Below are positions 39,860-52,587 of a stretch of 64,000 nt of DNA, piece after piece. A model generated the notes under the pieces. That model had not been told where the DNA came from. It was given only the letters and a program-made list of their open reading frames with translations, and made no database searches. The translations under genes and the position numbers were made by a program. Position 1 is the stretch's first letter, and every line of letters starts with the position of its first letter. Source of the stretch: Octopus sinensis. Its lineage: Eukaryota. The stretch covers positions 63,860,001 to 63,924,000 of the forward strand of contig NC_043003.1 of assembly GCF_006345805.1 (NCBI RefSeq). The letters are read 5' to 3'.

Positions 39860-40732
39860 CTGACTTCCTCACAATTTCTGTCGACTAAATTCACTCACAA
39901 GTCGTAGGTCGACCCGAGGCTATGATAGAAGATAGTTGCAGGACTTGAGTAGGACTGCTACGCCAAAATCTTAGCCAACTAACCAATAATCAAAAGCATT
40001 TAATCTATCATAGTTCCGTCTCATTTTCAGATTTGGTGTGGCTTGAACTATCTTACCCAATGAATAACTGCATTGTTTATCAATCTGTAGATGGTAGTAT
40101 GTGCGACTTGAAGGTGTTTTTACTGCTATTTCCAGCATGCCAAACATCCTGTGTTAGAGGTCTCCTTGTTCGATTGTTTATGCAATTTTTCTAGGCTGTG
40201 AGATTAAGAAATTCGCTTTGCAGCCGTTTGGTTTCTGGTTCAATCCCATTATATAGCATCTTGGGCAAATATCTTATAATAGTCCCGACTGATTATTGCT
40301 GTGTGAGTGAAATTATTAGACGGAAAGTGTTCGGAAGCCTCAATATGTGTGTGGTTGACCCCCCACCACCACTTGTCAACTGGTGTTAATTTGTTTACAC
40401 CTCCATAACATAGCTGTACCACAAAAGAGACCGATAGAATAAGTACCAGACTTTGAAAATAAGTATTGAGGTCGATTCGACCGACTAAATCCTTCAAGTT
40501 AAAAGGGCAGTCTGTGACCCTGTACCACCAATATTTGCTTTCTAAATCCTGGATATCCATAGGAATTAGAACTTCACTATGTTTTTTTTTTTTTTGCTTT
40601 TTTTTGTATCTTTTAAAAATCTGGTATTTATTCTATGTCATTTTGCTGAACTACTAAGTTACAGAGAGGTAAATAGACCAACACCGGTTGACACGCAGCA
40701 TGTGAGAGTGGGGGTAGACAGTCACAGATATT

Positions 40733-40765
<33 letters not shown>

Positions 40766-42474
40766 GGAGGACTTCCACACAGTTTCCATCTGCCACCAAA
40801 TTCACTCTAGAGGCTGACATGAATGGGGCTTGCTTTGGACCTGTGACTCTGGATGTGTATCAGGTGGGTGCCACTGTGACATTCGGCGTTTTGTTTTGGT
40901 GGGGGGGGGCACTTTTATTTTAGACCAGCGGTGCCCATCCCTCTTTATCTCTGTCATATGGAAATAGGCTGACTGATAGATAGAAAATAAAAGAAGAATC
41001 GATCCATGGTACTTTATTTAATGACCTCGAAAGAATGCAAAGCCAAGTTGACCATATAGGGATCTGAACTCTAAGAGTAGCAAGCATGAACATTTGCTGT
41101 AAAAAGCAATCGATTCGACGATGTAACGACTCTGCCAATTGGCGGCCTATCTAATGCTATTTATTGGGAAAGCCATAAACGTCACAATTCTCCACCCTTT
41201 AGAAAAAACAATTTTATAAAAAGAAATACAGCCGACTATTCTAGAGTCAATCTATGAAAAGTAGTTATAACTTCCTAACATCGTTAATTCTCTCCCGAGA
41301 GAAAAAAAATATATGAATGCCAACCATACAATAAATATCTTCGCCCCTCTTCCCTATAAATATAAAAATCTTGTGATTATGTAAGAAATCAATAAATTTG
41401 CAGCAGATATTATTTATTTTATAGCTCCAATGAAACTTTTGTGCACGAAAATATATATCTCCTCTGCTTTCGAAAAAAATATGATGAATATAATTATATA
41501 ACATGAAGCTGTTGATAGAGCGAACTTGATAATATTACGTGATGTTAATCACAATCACAGCCAAGCGGTCCATTCTGCAATTATGGGATCGCAGGTTCGA
41601 TCTACTTGCGAGACATTCTAGGTTAATCTGAAGTCTTTCATGAGCCCTAGCACCTATAAGGTTAGAGTACAACCTGGTTTCCAGGGCATATAAGTGACAG
41701 AGGGACGCAAGTCCATCGCAGGTTTAACTTCGCAGCTATTGTTGGAATTCGTTTGTAGCTAAGCGGATTGGAGTAACGTCAAATGATGTATTTTGCTCAT
41801 GAACACAATGCACTGCAATCCTCTGGTAGAAACCGCGTGTCAGTTTCACAATACGCGCTCCACAGTGTCACAATATGTGTGCCACAATGTATAACATAAC
41901 TGACCGTTTTGGATTACAGTACAACACATGCGATGGTTGCCTCCCTTTTCGCCTGCTCAATTTCTTTCACAAATCTTCGGTTATCTCACAGGTCTGCTAA
42001 AAAAAAAGACAAAAACGATGAAACCTCTTACCTAAGATGAAAGGTCCTAGTCTAATAATTAGGGTGTCGCCCTCATCGTCGTGTGATTGTGGTTTCGATT
42101 CTTGAACAGGGAGGCAAGACCTACCTTAGTGAAAAATGTCGCACGCAACATAGACTAGTGATCAGTGACCTCAGAAAAGCAAGACAATTTGGAATGTATG
42201 GAAGCCGGAATATCCCCCGACCAGGCGTGGCTCAAAGCGACATCATTTAATTCATATGAGAAGTTGGAGGAGGATATAGGGACCGGTAATTTACAGTGCA
42301 TTATTGGACTGTGTGGCTATTCCACCCAGTCCAATAAGCAAACAGAATGCATACAGCATTTAATACATGTTCGCTGTATGCATAAATTAGTATTAACATG
42401 AAAGAAACAATACAAATGGATGTTAAGATTATAAACTGAGTGAGTACATTTTCAGTGATTAAAATTTCGCTCAT

Positions 42475-42965
42475 TATCATCATCATCATCATTATCATTA
42501 TCATCTGTTCTCAGCTGGTTGATCATCACGGACTTCCATTCAGGTCTTTTCTCTGCCATTTTCACACATTCACCATATGATAGTCCTTGATGTTATCAAA
42601 CAAGTTTGTTCTAGGTTTTCTTTATATATCTTTATAATCTTTATATATCTTGCTGCTCTTACTTTGAGACCAAAGTACTTAATTTTCCTTTTTTTTATCG
42701 TTATGTATAATAATATTTTCGTATTTGTAAGTTCTGGAACTTTTTCACTAATTTCGTTTTGTCCAAGATATTCTTAACATTCTTCTCTATGCCCACATTT
42801 CAGACATTTTTCATCAATGTCCACGTTTCTACACAGCCTTTTTCTTGTTTCTTTGAGTATATTCTTTGGTGTTAAAGCTCTAGACATATTTTCAAATGTT
42901 TTCCTTGCAATTTCTATTCTTCGTCAGTTAAAACCAGAAGGGACAACATCGGAATTAAAATTATT
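42475..42965 (-). pseudogene. RTE-clade LINE 3' fragment with (TGA)n tail
   Basis: Minus frames RRIEIARKTFENMSRALT..TRKRL..ISEKV..LLYITIKKRKIKYFG..RKPRTNLFDNIKD. Confidence 0.7.
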
Positions 42966-43305
42966 TACAATTAGCTTTTCTAAAAAAATGGCTTTCCAGT
43001 GAGAGTGTCTCTGGTCTTTAGATGAACAGAAGCGGAAACTTCGCTTCGGTGTCGGACAACTTTCTTTTCTAAATTTATTTAATATTAGAATATATTTTGA
43101 AACTATAACATGTCGAATTGTACCCAAATTGTCAGTTCAAAATCAAACAATCCTTATTTCCCATTTTGATTAGGTGGTACAGTAGTCTTCACTAATTACA
43201 CAACTGCATCAACTCATCTCAAAAACATTTTCTATATAATTTTTAGTTGTGGATCTTGGCTGTCGCTTAAACAAAAACACCGAAAGCTCTTCACAATATG
43301 GATAT

Positions 43306-43706
43306 AGTTAGGATAAGGCGGCGAGCTAGCGGAATCATTAACGTACCGAACAAAATGATCAACTTTGCCTTTCATCTTTTCAGGGTCGATAAAATAAAGT
43401 ACCAGTCAAGTACTGGGATAGTGGGTATCAACTTACTCCCAGCCTTAAATTTGCAGGGCTTGTGTCAAGATTTGAAACCAGTATTTCAGATTCTGCTAGA
43501 ACCAGCTGGCAGAATCTTTAACATGTGGGACAATGTTTAACAGCATTTCCTCCGGCTCTTGACGTTCTAAGTTCAAATCCCACCATGGTCAACTTAGTCG
43601 TTCATCCTTTCGGAATCGATAAAATAAAGTACCATCCAAGTACTGGAGTCGATGTAATCGACCAACCACCTCCCCTCAAACTCCTGGCCTTGTGCCAACG
43701 TTCGAA
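43306..43706 (+). mobile_element. Degenerate dimeric SINE family A with 13-bp TSD
   Basis: acaatatggatat at 43293-43305 and 43707-43719. Confidence 0.8.
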
Positions 43707-44439
43707 ACAATATGGATATCACTTTAATTAATTAAAATTATAGTGATCACTGCATTTAATTATGTTACCATTTATCTCAATATAAGAATTGTAATTAACT
43801 CACTAATTTAATTTGTCGGCATTTCATTGTTTATTTAACATAAAGCCTTTGTTATATTTCATAATAGAGAATGTTCTTTTGTTTTTTTTTAAAATAGTTT
43901 GTAATTAGCGCTGTATTTGAAGAACAGTTTTGATTATAATGAATATAAATTCTATGCAAATGATGTTTGTTTTCCGATGTAAGCCACAGAAAAATATTTT
44001 CTTTCAGCAATTTTCTAATAAAATGATCGTGATGTTTTGTTGATATGGTATGTCAAGTGTTTTCTTTAATTAATTCAATAAGCAACATAAATGGCCTGCT
44101 CGATCTAACCAACTGTAACAAAAAGAATTCCACTCACTTAAAGCGTCCAAAGAATAACCAAAAATATTGTGGAATAACAGGATGCGCACTCAAAACAATT
44201 GTATTCAATGTATTCAATGTGATAGAACGACGATGCCTCTACACCGTCGCTAAGCCTGCTAGATATAACAGCTAAATCTTCCACAAAGCACACTCTACCG
44301 ACCTAAATTAAAAGGAAATGAAGGAATTGTAGAGCTGGATATTAGGATGATTACAGCTGGTGTGTTTATAATCACGGTTTATCAATATGAGACAGCAAAA
44401 ATTAATTAATAATGATAATAATAATAATTTAAATTTTGG

Positions 44440-45250
44440 TACAAGATCACTAATTTTAGAAAGAAGGTGTTTGTCAATTATATCGGCGCAAGTACTCAAC
44501 TAGTATTTATTTTATCGGCTCCGAAATGATAAAAGACAAAGTTGGCCGCGGCGGAAATTGAACTGAGAGCGTGATGAGGCGGAACAAATACCACAAAGCC
44601 TTTTCTCCGACGCTCCAACGACTTTGTCAAGTCGCCATCTTAATAATAATGGTTCCAAATTTTTGCCACATGGGTAACTTGAGGGAGGTGGGGATGAGTC
44701 GATAACATCAACCCCAGTGTTCAACTGGTACTTATTTAATCGACTCCGAAAGGATGAAAGGCAAAGTCGACTTCGGCGGAATTTGAACTCAGAGCGTAGC
44801 GACGGGCGAAATACGCTAACGGTTCTGCCAACCCACCACTTTATTATTAATTTTAATTCTTTCTAATTTTGGTACAAGGCCAGCAATTTTGTGGAGAGTG
44901 GGCAAGTCGATGACATCTTGACTGTTACTTTATTTTATCGATCCCAAAAGGATGAAAAATGATGTTGGTTTCGGCGGGATTTGAATTCGGAAGGTAAAGA
45001 GTTGGAAGAAATACTGCAAGGCATTTTGTCCGACGCTCAAAGGATTCTGCCAGCTCTTAATATTGGTTTCACATTTTGGTACAAGGCCAGCAATTTTGAG
45101 AGGACGGGGTAAATCGATCCATCTTACCGAGTACTTAACTGGTACTTTACTTTATCGATCCAGAAGAGATGAAAGGCCTCGAGAGGATATGAACTCAGAA
45201 ACGTAAAGAAAACTAAAGAGCCGTAACTAAACATCACATAGCATTTTGTT
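44440..45250 (-). mobile_element. Cluster of about four degenerate family A SINE units in the same orientation
   Basis: Repeated ggtacaaggccagcaatttt...tactt..tttatcga..ccgaaaggatgaaa...gaactcag motifs. Confidence 0.75.
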
Positions 45251-46284
45251 CGACGCACTAACTATTCGTTTCCATATGAGTCAGCTAATATTTTCTTAAA
45301 CTTTCTCAGATGTTTATTCTGTAACTTGCTAGACGTTGGTGCTATGATATCGATACCGTGCGGTAATCGAAGTCGATAGTTGATTTTCTCTTCCCATTTC
45401 TCGGTTGATGCTAATGTTTCAATTTTTCAACTATTTCTTGCCGATTCTTTTACAAACTGCAGACTTTCCTTTTCCTTAACCCAACAACAAACCATCCTTA
45501 ATTACTTTACTTTCATTACAAACATTGATATATCTGCATTACTATCAGACCTTCCATGTTTAAGAAGTAGGCGATTGGTGTGTATTACAGATTTTTCTTT
45601 CTATCTTTTCTATGATCCTTCAAAGCAAAATTATTTTAATTTGGTAGAAATACTTCGCTGTATCCTAAGAGAATTCAGCCGTTTGATCGATTTGCTTTGA
45701 ACATATAGTTTAAGATTACCAATTATTTCGGTATTGCAGAAAACAGCAATATCAAAATCATTTCTTATTGGTAATCTATAACCTCTGCTTTGCTTAAATG
45801 ATTCGGATTTTATTGATCAAAAAGTATTGTCTGTTTGAGATATCGCCTTTCAAATATATTTCGATTTGCCTTTAGAGTCTAGTGTTCATGCGGATGGTGA
45901 AATTCAAGTATTTCACGAATCAAGAGAATAGAACTTCTATATACTCCAAGCTTCAATTATACTCCGTCGTGTTTTTTTTTGTATTGTTTCTAAGGAAACA
46001 GCTTATCACAAACTTACATAACAGGCCTTTCAAAAACTTCGCTTCTACCGACTTTTACTCTTTGGTAGTGATGGCTGTGTGGTTAAGAAACACGCTTCGC
46101 AGCTTCGTGGTTTTGGCTTGAGTCCGAGCTGATCAAGGGGACTTAATTTGTTTGATGGAATCTATGCCATATATATATATATATATATATACATATATAT
46201 GGAGGTGTATAATAATATATATATGTATGCATATATACATACGTATATGTACATACTTACATCTATACGTATGTATATATGCAT

Positions 46285-46655
46285 ATGTGGGCACAGGACG
46301 TCATGAGGTGTGTACAACAAAAATTACGAAGTACGAGTACATGGAATATGAACTATTTTTTCGAACAGCGAAAGACACAAATAGAAAACAAGACAAACAG
46401 CACAAAAAGCTAACCTTCATCAGGTGTCGGCTGTTTTTCTACTCTCGTATTTCGAGCATTTAACAATGATAAGACAGTTGCTCCTGCAAAGCAAATTAAA
46501 TAAAAATTTGGGATTTTGCGGAGGGTAAAAATAAGTAACACAAGCAGGACAGTGGAAACAAACACCACGGGCTACTAAGCCTAAACAAGATTGTGGTGGC
46601 GAACGCGTAAATCAAGCTTGGACAGGAGACAGACAAGAACACGTCTTCCTTGATC
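46285..46655 (-). mobile_element. Putative PLE-type non-autonomous element related to 490-808
   Basis: Minus: ttaccctccgcaaaa...tttatttaatttgctttgcaggagc...gctcgaaatacg..gtagaa...cacctgatgaagg. Confidence 0.5.
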
Positions 46656-46662
46656 CAGCTAA

Positions 46663-46705
<43 letters not shown>

Positions 46706-46707
<2 letters not shown>

Positions 46708-47108
46708 CTCTTACTCTTTACTCTTTTACTTGTTTCAGTCATTTGACTGCGGCCATGCTGGAGCACCGCCTTTAATCGAGCAACTTGACCCCGGTTCTTA
46801 TTCTTTGTAAGCCCAGTACTTATTCTATCAGTCTCTTTTGCCGAACCGCTAAGTGACGGGGACATAAACACACCAGCATCGATTGTCAAGCAATGCTGGA
46901 GGGACAAATACAGACACACAAACATACACGCACACACATATATATACATATATACGACGGGCTTCTTTCAATTTCCATCTACTCACAAGGCTTTGGTCGG
47001 CCCGAGGCTATAGTAGAAGACACTTGCCCAAGGTGCCACGCAGTGGGACTGAACCCAGAACCATGTGGTTGGTAAGCAAGCTACTTACCACACAGCCACT
47101 CCTGCGCC
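46706..47108 (-). mobile_element. SINE family B, young subfamily
   Basis: Near-consensus copy including ggcgcaggagtggctgtgtggtaag head. Confidence 0.93.
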
Positions 47109-47182
47109 TAATATATATATATATATATATATAAATATATATATTTATATACATATATATATATGTATATATGTATGTGTGT

Positions 47183-47220
<38 letters not shown>

Positions 47221-47224
47221 TATA

Positions 47225-47477
47225 GTGGTTGTCTACTCCTAATGCAGAGTCTGGCCACCTCCTGTACCTACACCTTAGAACCATCATGAAGTCTGATATG
47301 GCTTTTTAAACCCGACAATGTTTTGAAAAGACACCCACATAGATTGCATATCCAATTTGGACTACCAAGAGCTGCAGTTAAGTTCTGATCTTTGTGGATC
47401 GCAAAATGTCTTTTGAGGCCTCTGTTAGATTTGGAGACTTTATGGCATACATTGCGTTGAAAGGTGTGCACAGACAT
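47225..47477 (-). pseudogene. Two tandem C2H2 zinc fingers, probably a LINE C-terminal fragment (alternatively a ZNF gene relic)
   Basis: ORF 47268-47477: VCHKVSKSNRGLKRHFAIH ... CNLCGCLFKTLSGLKSHIRLH. Confidence 0.55.
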
Positions 47478-48005
47478 AAAGGCAGAATAGTTGGTATATT
47501 TGATTAATGAGAGAGGTGGAAGATGGATAATGGAAGATACAAGAATGTTTATTAATCACTACAATTGTTTCGACCCATCCAGTTTCGATCACTTACGGAT
47601 GGTATACTTAACAACTGGTTTAAGAGAATCTGTCGGTGTAGATGTGTCTCTTTAGGTGATTACAAGATGTATCTCCGAATATATATATATATGTATATTT
47701 ATGTGTTTGTATGTATGTCTATGTGATGTGTGCGTGATGTTTGTACGCATGTGTTTTTGCCTTTGTTTGCACAACTGGTGTTGGTTTTCATCTCTGTGAC
47801 TTAGTAGTCCGGAAAAAGAGACCGATCAAGATAGAATACGTACCGAACATTTTTTAAATAAAAAACAATAATGCTGGGATTGATTTGTAGAATACATTCG
47901 GGGGTGGGGGAATCGTAAAAGTCATTTACTAAAGAACCCACCAAAGCGTCTAAAGGCGTATAAAAACGTAATCAGTTCCCCAGTTTAACGCCGAAGCCCA
48001 AGGTG

Positions 48006-48260
48006 AAGGACTGTTGTCTAGTGGTTATGGTGCTGCACTGACAATCGCAAGATCGTGGTTTCTAATCCCGGACCGGATGAGTGTTGTGTTCTTGAGCAAA
48101 AACACTTCATTTCATCTGGCTGCAATCCACTCAGCTGTAAATGAGTTACCTTGCAAGGGACTGGCGTCCCGTCCAGGAGTAGTGTTATGATCTCGGTCAC
48201 TTAAACACCATGGAATCTGGGTAACAGGCCGTATAAGTCGTAGGACTCGAGACAATACTC
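48006..48260 (+). mobile_element. tRNA-derived SINE with V-domain-like core
   Basis: gtctagtggttatgg...ctaatcccggaccgg...ctcagctgtaaatgagttacc...ggactggcgtcccgtccagg. Confidence 0.6.
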
Positions 48261-48864
48261 ATTTCTATTACAAAAATTGGTACAAGGTCTCTGGCCTGAG
48301 CTTTAATTGCAGCTCTTACACTCAATAATTGCGGAGGGCCTCCTTGCTCCTCTGGTTAATAAAAACTAAAATGGAATTTAATGCAAGGTCGACTTTGCCT
48401 TTAATCCTTTCGAGGTCGATAAAGCAAGTACCTTTTGAGCAAGGGTATCAATGTAATCGGCTTACCTCTGCCCCGAAATTGCTGACCTTTAGCTAAAACC
48501 TAAAACTAATAGTATATTGGGCCATTTAAGTAAATAATAAAAGCCGCCACATCATCGGTCTAAAATGATATGTAATATGAGAAAACATAGATGACTTGAA
48601 TTCAGGCGTGACTACCTTTTGGGTGAAGAAATGAAGATAAAAATTGTAACAATATCTAGTGAAATTGTAAAAGAAGGTATAGCTAATGGTTTCTTTGATC
48701 ATACATAACATTAATTGAAACAAACTTTAGATATCAATTCAGTTAATTTTGGGACATAATTGAATTTGTAATGGCTTTTCATTGCAGCTTTGCCATGGAG
48801 AAAAATTCTCATTATTTACATTATTTACATTTGATGGATATTTGTCCTTATCGTGTTTGTTATT

Positions 48865-48912
48865 AACACAACGTTTCGTTTGATATGCCTTCCAGCCTTC
48901 ATCAGGTGTCTT
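48865..48912 (-). ncRNA. Minimal type-I hammerhead ribozyme motif
   Basis: gacac CTGATGA a ggctg gaaggcatat caaac GAAA cg tt gtgtt; core intact, stem II decayed. Confidence 0.65.
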
Positions 48913-48957
48913 GGAAATATTTCGAAACTGGGTTCTCATTCCTAAGGTATTTTTCGA

Positions 48958-49036
<79 letters not shown>

Positions 49037-49094
49037 ATCACTGCCTGGAATCGAACTCGGAATCTTGGGGTTAACCACTCCGCCATATGCCCGT

Positions 49095-49166
49095 GGCATA
49101 TGGTGTAGTAGTTAAGAGCGCGGGTTACTAACCCCAAGATTCCGAGTTCGATTCGAGGCAGTGACC
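49095..49166 (+). other. tRNA-derived head (pseudo-tRNA, anticodon-loop ACT)
   Basis: A box tggtgtagtagttaa; ggg TTACTAA ccc anticodon arm; B box gagttcgattc; no intact acceptor stem. Confidence 0.7.
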
Positions 49167-49270
49167 TAAATAATAATAATAATATAATAATAATAATATT
49201 ATTATAATAATAATAATAATAATGATAATAATAATAACATCAAAAAATACCTTAGGTTTGAAATTTCCCC

Positions 49271-49318
49271 AAGACACCTGATGAAGGTTGGAGGATGTAT
49301 CAGCGGAAACGTTGTGTT
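49271..49318 (+). ncRNA. Minimal type-I hammerhead ribozyme motif
   Basis: gacac CTGATGA a ggttg gaggatgtat cagcg GAAA cg tt gtgtt. Confidence 0.65.
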
Positions 49319-49534
49319 AACAGCAAACAAGATGAGGACAAATATCCATCAAATGTAAATAATGTACATAATTTCTCGTCTCTCAAATAATGAACTGAGA
49401 AAAATTCTCTCTTTAAACAAAATAGCATTAAAGTTTGTTTATTTTCCGTCACTGCTTCGCACACCAGTGTACATATTTGCTCAGGCCAGGCGGCCTGCTC
49501 CCACAATCAGTCAATAATATTTAGTGATTTCCTA

Positions 49535-49745
49535 AGGCGGTGAGCTGGCACAATCGTTAGCACGCCGGGGAAAAAAATGCTTAGCGGTATTTCGTCTGTC
49601 TTTACGTCCTGAGTTCACATTCCGTCGAGGTCAATTTGGCTTTTCATCCTTTCGGAGCTCATAAAATAAGTACCGGTTGAGTTCTGGAATCGATATAATC
49701 GACTTACACGCTCAGCGATATTGTTAACCTTGAATTTGAAATCAA
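49535..49745 (+). mobile_element. SINE family A (degenerate)
   Basis: aaggcggtgagctggcacaatcgttagcacgccggg... Confidence 0.8.
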
Positions 49746-50039
49746 TATTTACTGATTTCTTGAGAGTTGTGCTTCCAATCAGTTTAAAGGTGCCTTTTTG
49801 GGTATCTGGTACTGGAGTTTGAAATGCATGTATTAAAGGGCGCTCCGAAATGACTACATCACATTGTCTTAAGCGACAATGTTTTTTTTACGCCAAAACT
49901 GTAGTGAAAAGCCTTTACAAGTTCAAATGCATCCCAAACATGTGAACTGATTTCAAGTTGGTTTATTTTCTGTCATTGCTTCGAGCTCTTAAACACATAC
50001 GGTAATTGTTTATTCTTTTTATTATTTTTATTATTTTTG

Positions 50040-50420
50040 CTTTTTACTTGTTTCGGGGATTTGAGTGCGGACATGCTGGAGTGCCACCTTTAGTCGAACA
50101 AATCGACCCCAGGACATATTCTTTGTAAGCCTAGTACTTATTCTTTGGCCGAACTGCTAGGTTACGGTGATGTAAACACACCAACACTAGTTGTCAAGCG
50201 ATGGTGGTGGAGACAAACAGATACAAATAACAAACACACATATATACATATATACATACAACGGGCTTCTTCAGCTTCCGTCTACCAAATCCACTGCACA
50301 AGGGTTTGTTCGGCCCGAGGCTATAATAGAAGATACTTGCTCAATGTACCACACAATGGGACTGAACCCAGAACCAGGTGGCTAATAAACAAGCTTCTTA
50401 CCACACAGCCACTTCTACGC
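50040..50420 (-). mobile_element. SINE family B (degenerate)
   Basis: Matches the family B reverse complement. Confidence 0.8.
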
Positions 50421-52380
50421 TTATTGAACACGATTACTTAACAGCAGCACAAGTCAAACACTAAAGATACTACCAGCCATCGAGAATGTCTTTACGCGGA
50501 TATCTAAACTGCTAGAAACAGCAACCGAATTCTCTTCATGCCGTCGTAATAAATAATTAAAAACTGGTCACAGTTGGAAGGTTTTTTTACTTCAGATTTG
50601 CTCTGTCAGGGCTGACCTGGAGTTAAATAACACCAACCGATAACGCAAAAAGCATTTCTATAGGACAAGATGTAGTCATTGTATATTAATTTTAGTTATT
50701 ATTATAAAGCATTGTGAATGAAGTATGATAAGTGTTATTATGTCTATAGCTGCTGTCTACTTCATATGTAGTATACCGAATTCATACTGATATAACATTG
50801 TTTGCCTTCGAAATGGATGAGATTATATTAAGACTTTTTCCTATTATCTGGGCAAAAAAATAAGTAAATAATAATAAATAAAAGCCACTCATCTATTGAA
50901 TTTTTGCTTTCTTTGCTATATAAAAACAGAATTTTACTCGAAGAAAATATCTGAATGGAAATTAAATTACATTCTTTTCGACACTCAAAGAATTAAATTA
51001 TATTTTCATGTAATCGATAATATTTCACAAAAAAAGACAAACTTCAAGACAAAGAATAAAGTTTGTGTTTAAAAACAAGTGATTTAGAAATGGTTAGTGG
51101 TAGCGTTCGAGTAGACGGTTTCGGGCGTCATGTGTAGCTTACCGCCTCCGAAGCAGTCTCTTGCTTCAGAAAGTTGCCTTCAGTGAAAGGAATAAAACGA
51201 GTGGGCGCGGCTCTTTAGGCGCTGAAGATTTCGCATGGCTGAATGGACTCTGAACATATTTTAGTGACGTTACATTTTGGCAAGAGTACTCTTTAGCAAA
51301 TACGCCCGCGCGCATAGAAATATACAAAGAATTAAGAGGATTGAGAGAGAGGGAGAGGAAGAGGTAGACAATACAATTTATTAATTGAACACGATTGAGA
51401 CAAGCACAGAGAAATAAGTTCATAGAGAGAAGGAGAGAGGGAGGAGAGCAAAGAAGGAGGAGAGAAGAGAGGGAGGTGAGAAGAGAAGGCAGAGAGAGGG
51501 GAGAGGGAGGAGAGAAGAAAGAAAGAGAGAGAACGAAAAAATATTAAAACGTCTGATGTCAAATAAAACAGCGTCAAATCAGCGACGCCAGATAACCAGC
51601 GCCAAAACGGCTGTGCCAAAACGTCTCATATCTCGCAATGAAACCATCATAGTTTTGGATACAGCTGATTTTTTGTCGTTCCTGGATGCAAGGACAGTGT
51701 CACAGTTTTTCCATTCCGAAGTGGAAGCGGCAGGTATTTTATCTAGGCTGCGATTGGCAGTGATATTTACCCCCAGTGCGAACCTGGTGAAACTAGTAAT
51801 CACCCGTTTAGAGGAGGATTATAAACTGACAAAGTTTCGAGTACTTTCCAATATCGTTGTTTTTGGATCTATAGCTGTGGAAACGTCCCATATCCAGAAC
51901 TTCCTCCTTATTTAGTTTCATCGGGATAAAAATTTATTAATATCCGCAGGCATGAGCTCCGCAAGGATGAAAGACTATTCCTTATATTAGCCATTTTGTC
52001 TGCTAAAATTACGAAAGACTCACTATAATATACTTTTCAATAAATATCTGTTAAAATTCAAACATTAAAAGTAACAAAAAATGGGGTGGGAGGAGAAAAA
52101 TGGAGTTAATTCTTTCATGTATATGGAATGTAAATACAGTTCAGAAAGAGAAGAATTATCGGTTTGTAATTTATTTCTATAGGGGTGGGGGAATGACTGT
52201 TAGGTTAAGAAGCTGACTCTGCAACCGCGTGATTTGGGGTTCAGTCACAATCCGCACCACTTTAAGCAAGTGTCTTCCACTAGAGCCCTGGGCCGACCAA
52301 AGTCCTGTGAGAACATTTAGTAGACGGAAACGGCGTAGGAGCCTGTCGTTGTGTGTGGTGTGTGTGTGTGTGCATATATA

Positions 52381-52426
<46 letters not shown>

Positions 52427-52456
52427 GTGCATATATGTATATATACATATATATAC

Positions 52457-52493
<37 letters not shown>

Positions 52494-52500
52494 CATATAT

Positions 52501-52545
<45 letters not shown>

Positions 52546-52587
52546 TACATATATATATATATAAAACACACACACACACATATATAT

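Larger units (their letters stand above)
48811..49396. mobile_element. Head-to-head palindromic tRNA-headed, HHR-tailed retroelement with 13-bp TSD
   Basis: Arms 48811-49091 (-) and 49095-~49372 (+), 3-nt spacer; TSD gagaaaaattctc at 48798-48810 and 49397-49409. Confidence 0.85.

Noticed and set aside
45340-45720. Possible pogo-like transposase relic on minus
   Set aside because: Only vague similarity; many stops.
51545-51632. Repeated ccaaaacg motifs resembling one end of a MITE
   Set aside because: No clear matching inverted end or TSD identified.
51556-51915. 119-aa non-repetitive ORF (+) and weak LINE-RT-like reading (-)
   Set aside because: No recognisable domain on plus; the minus-strand resemblance (KIP..EWK..NY) needs several frameshifts.
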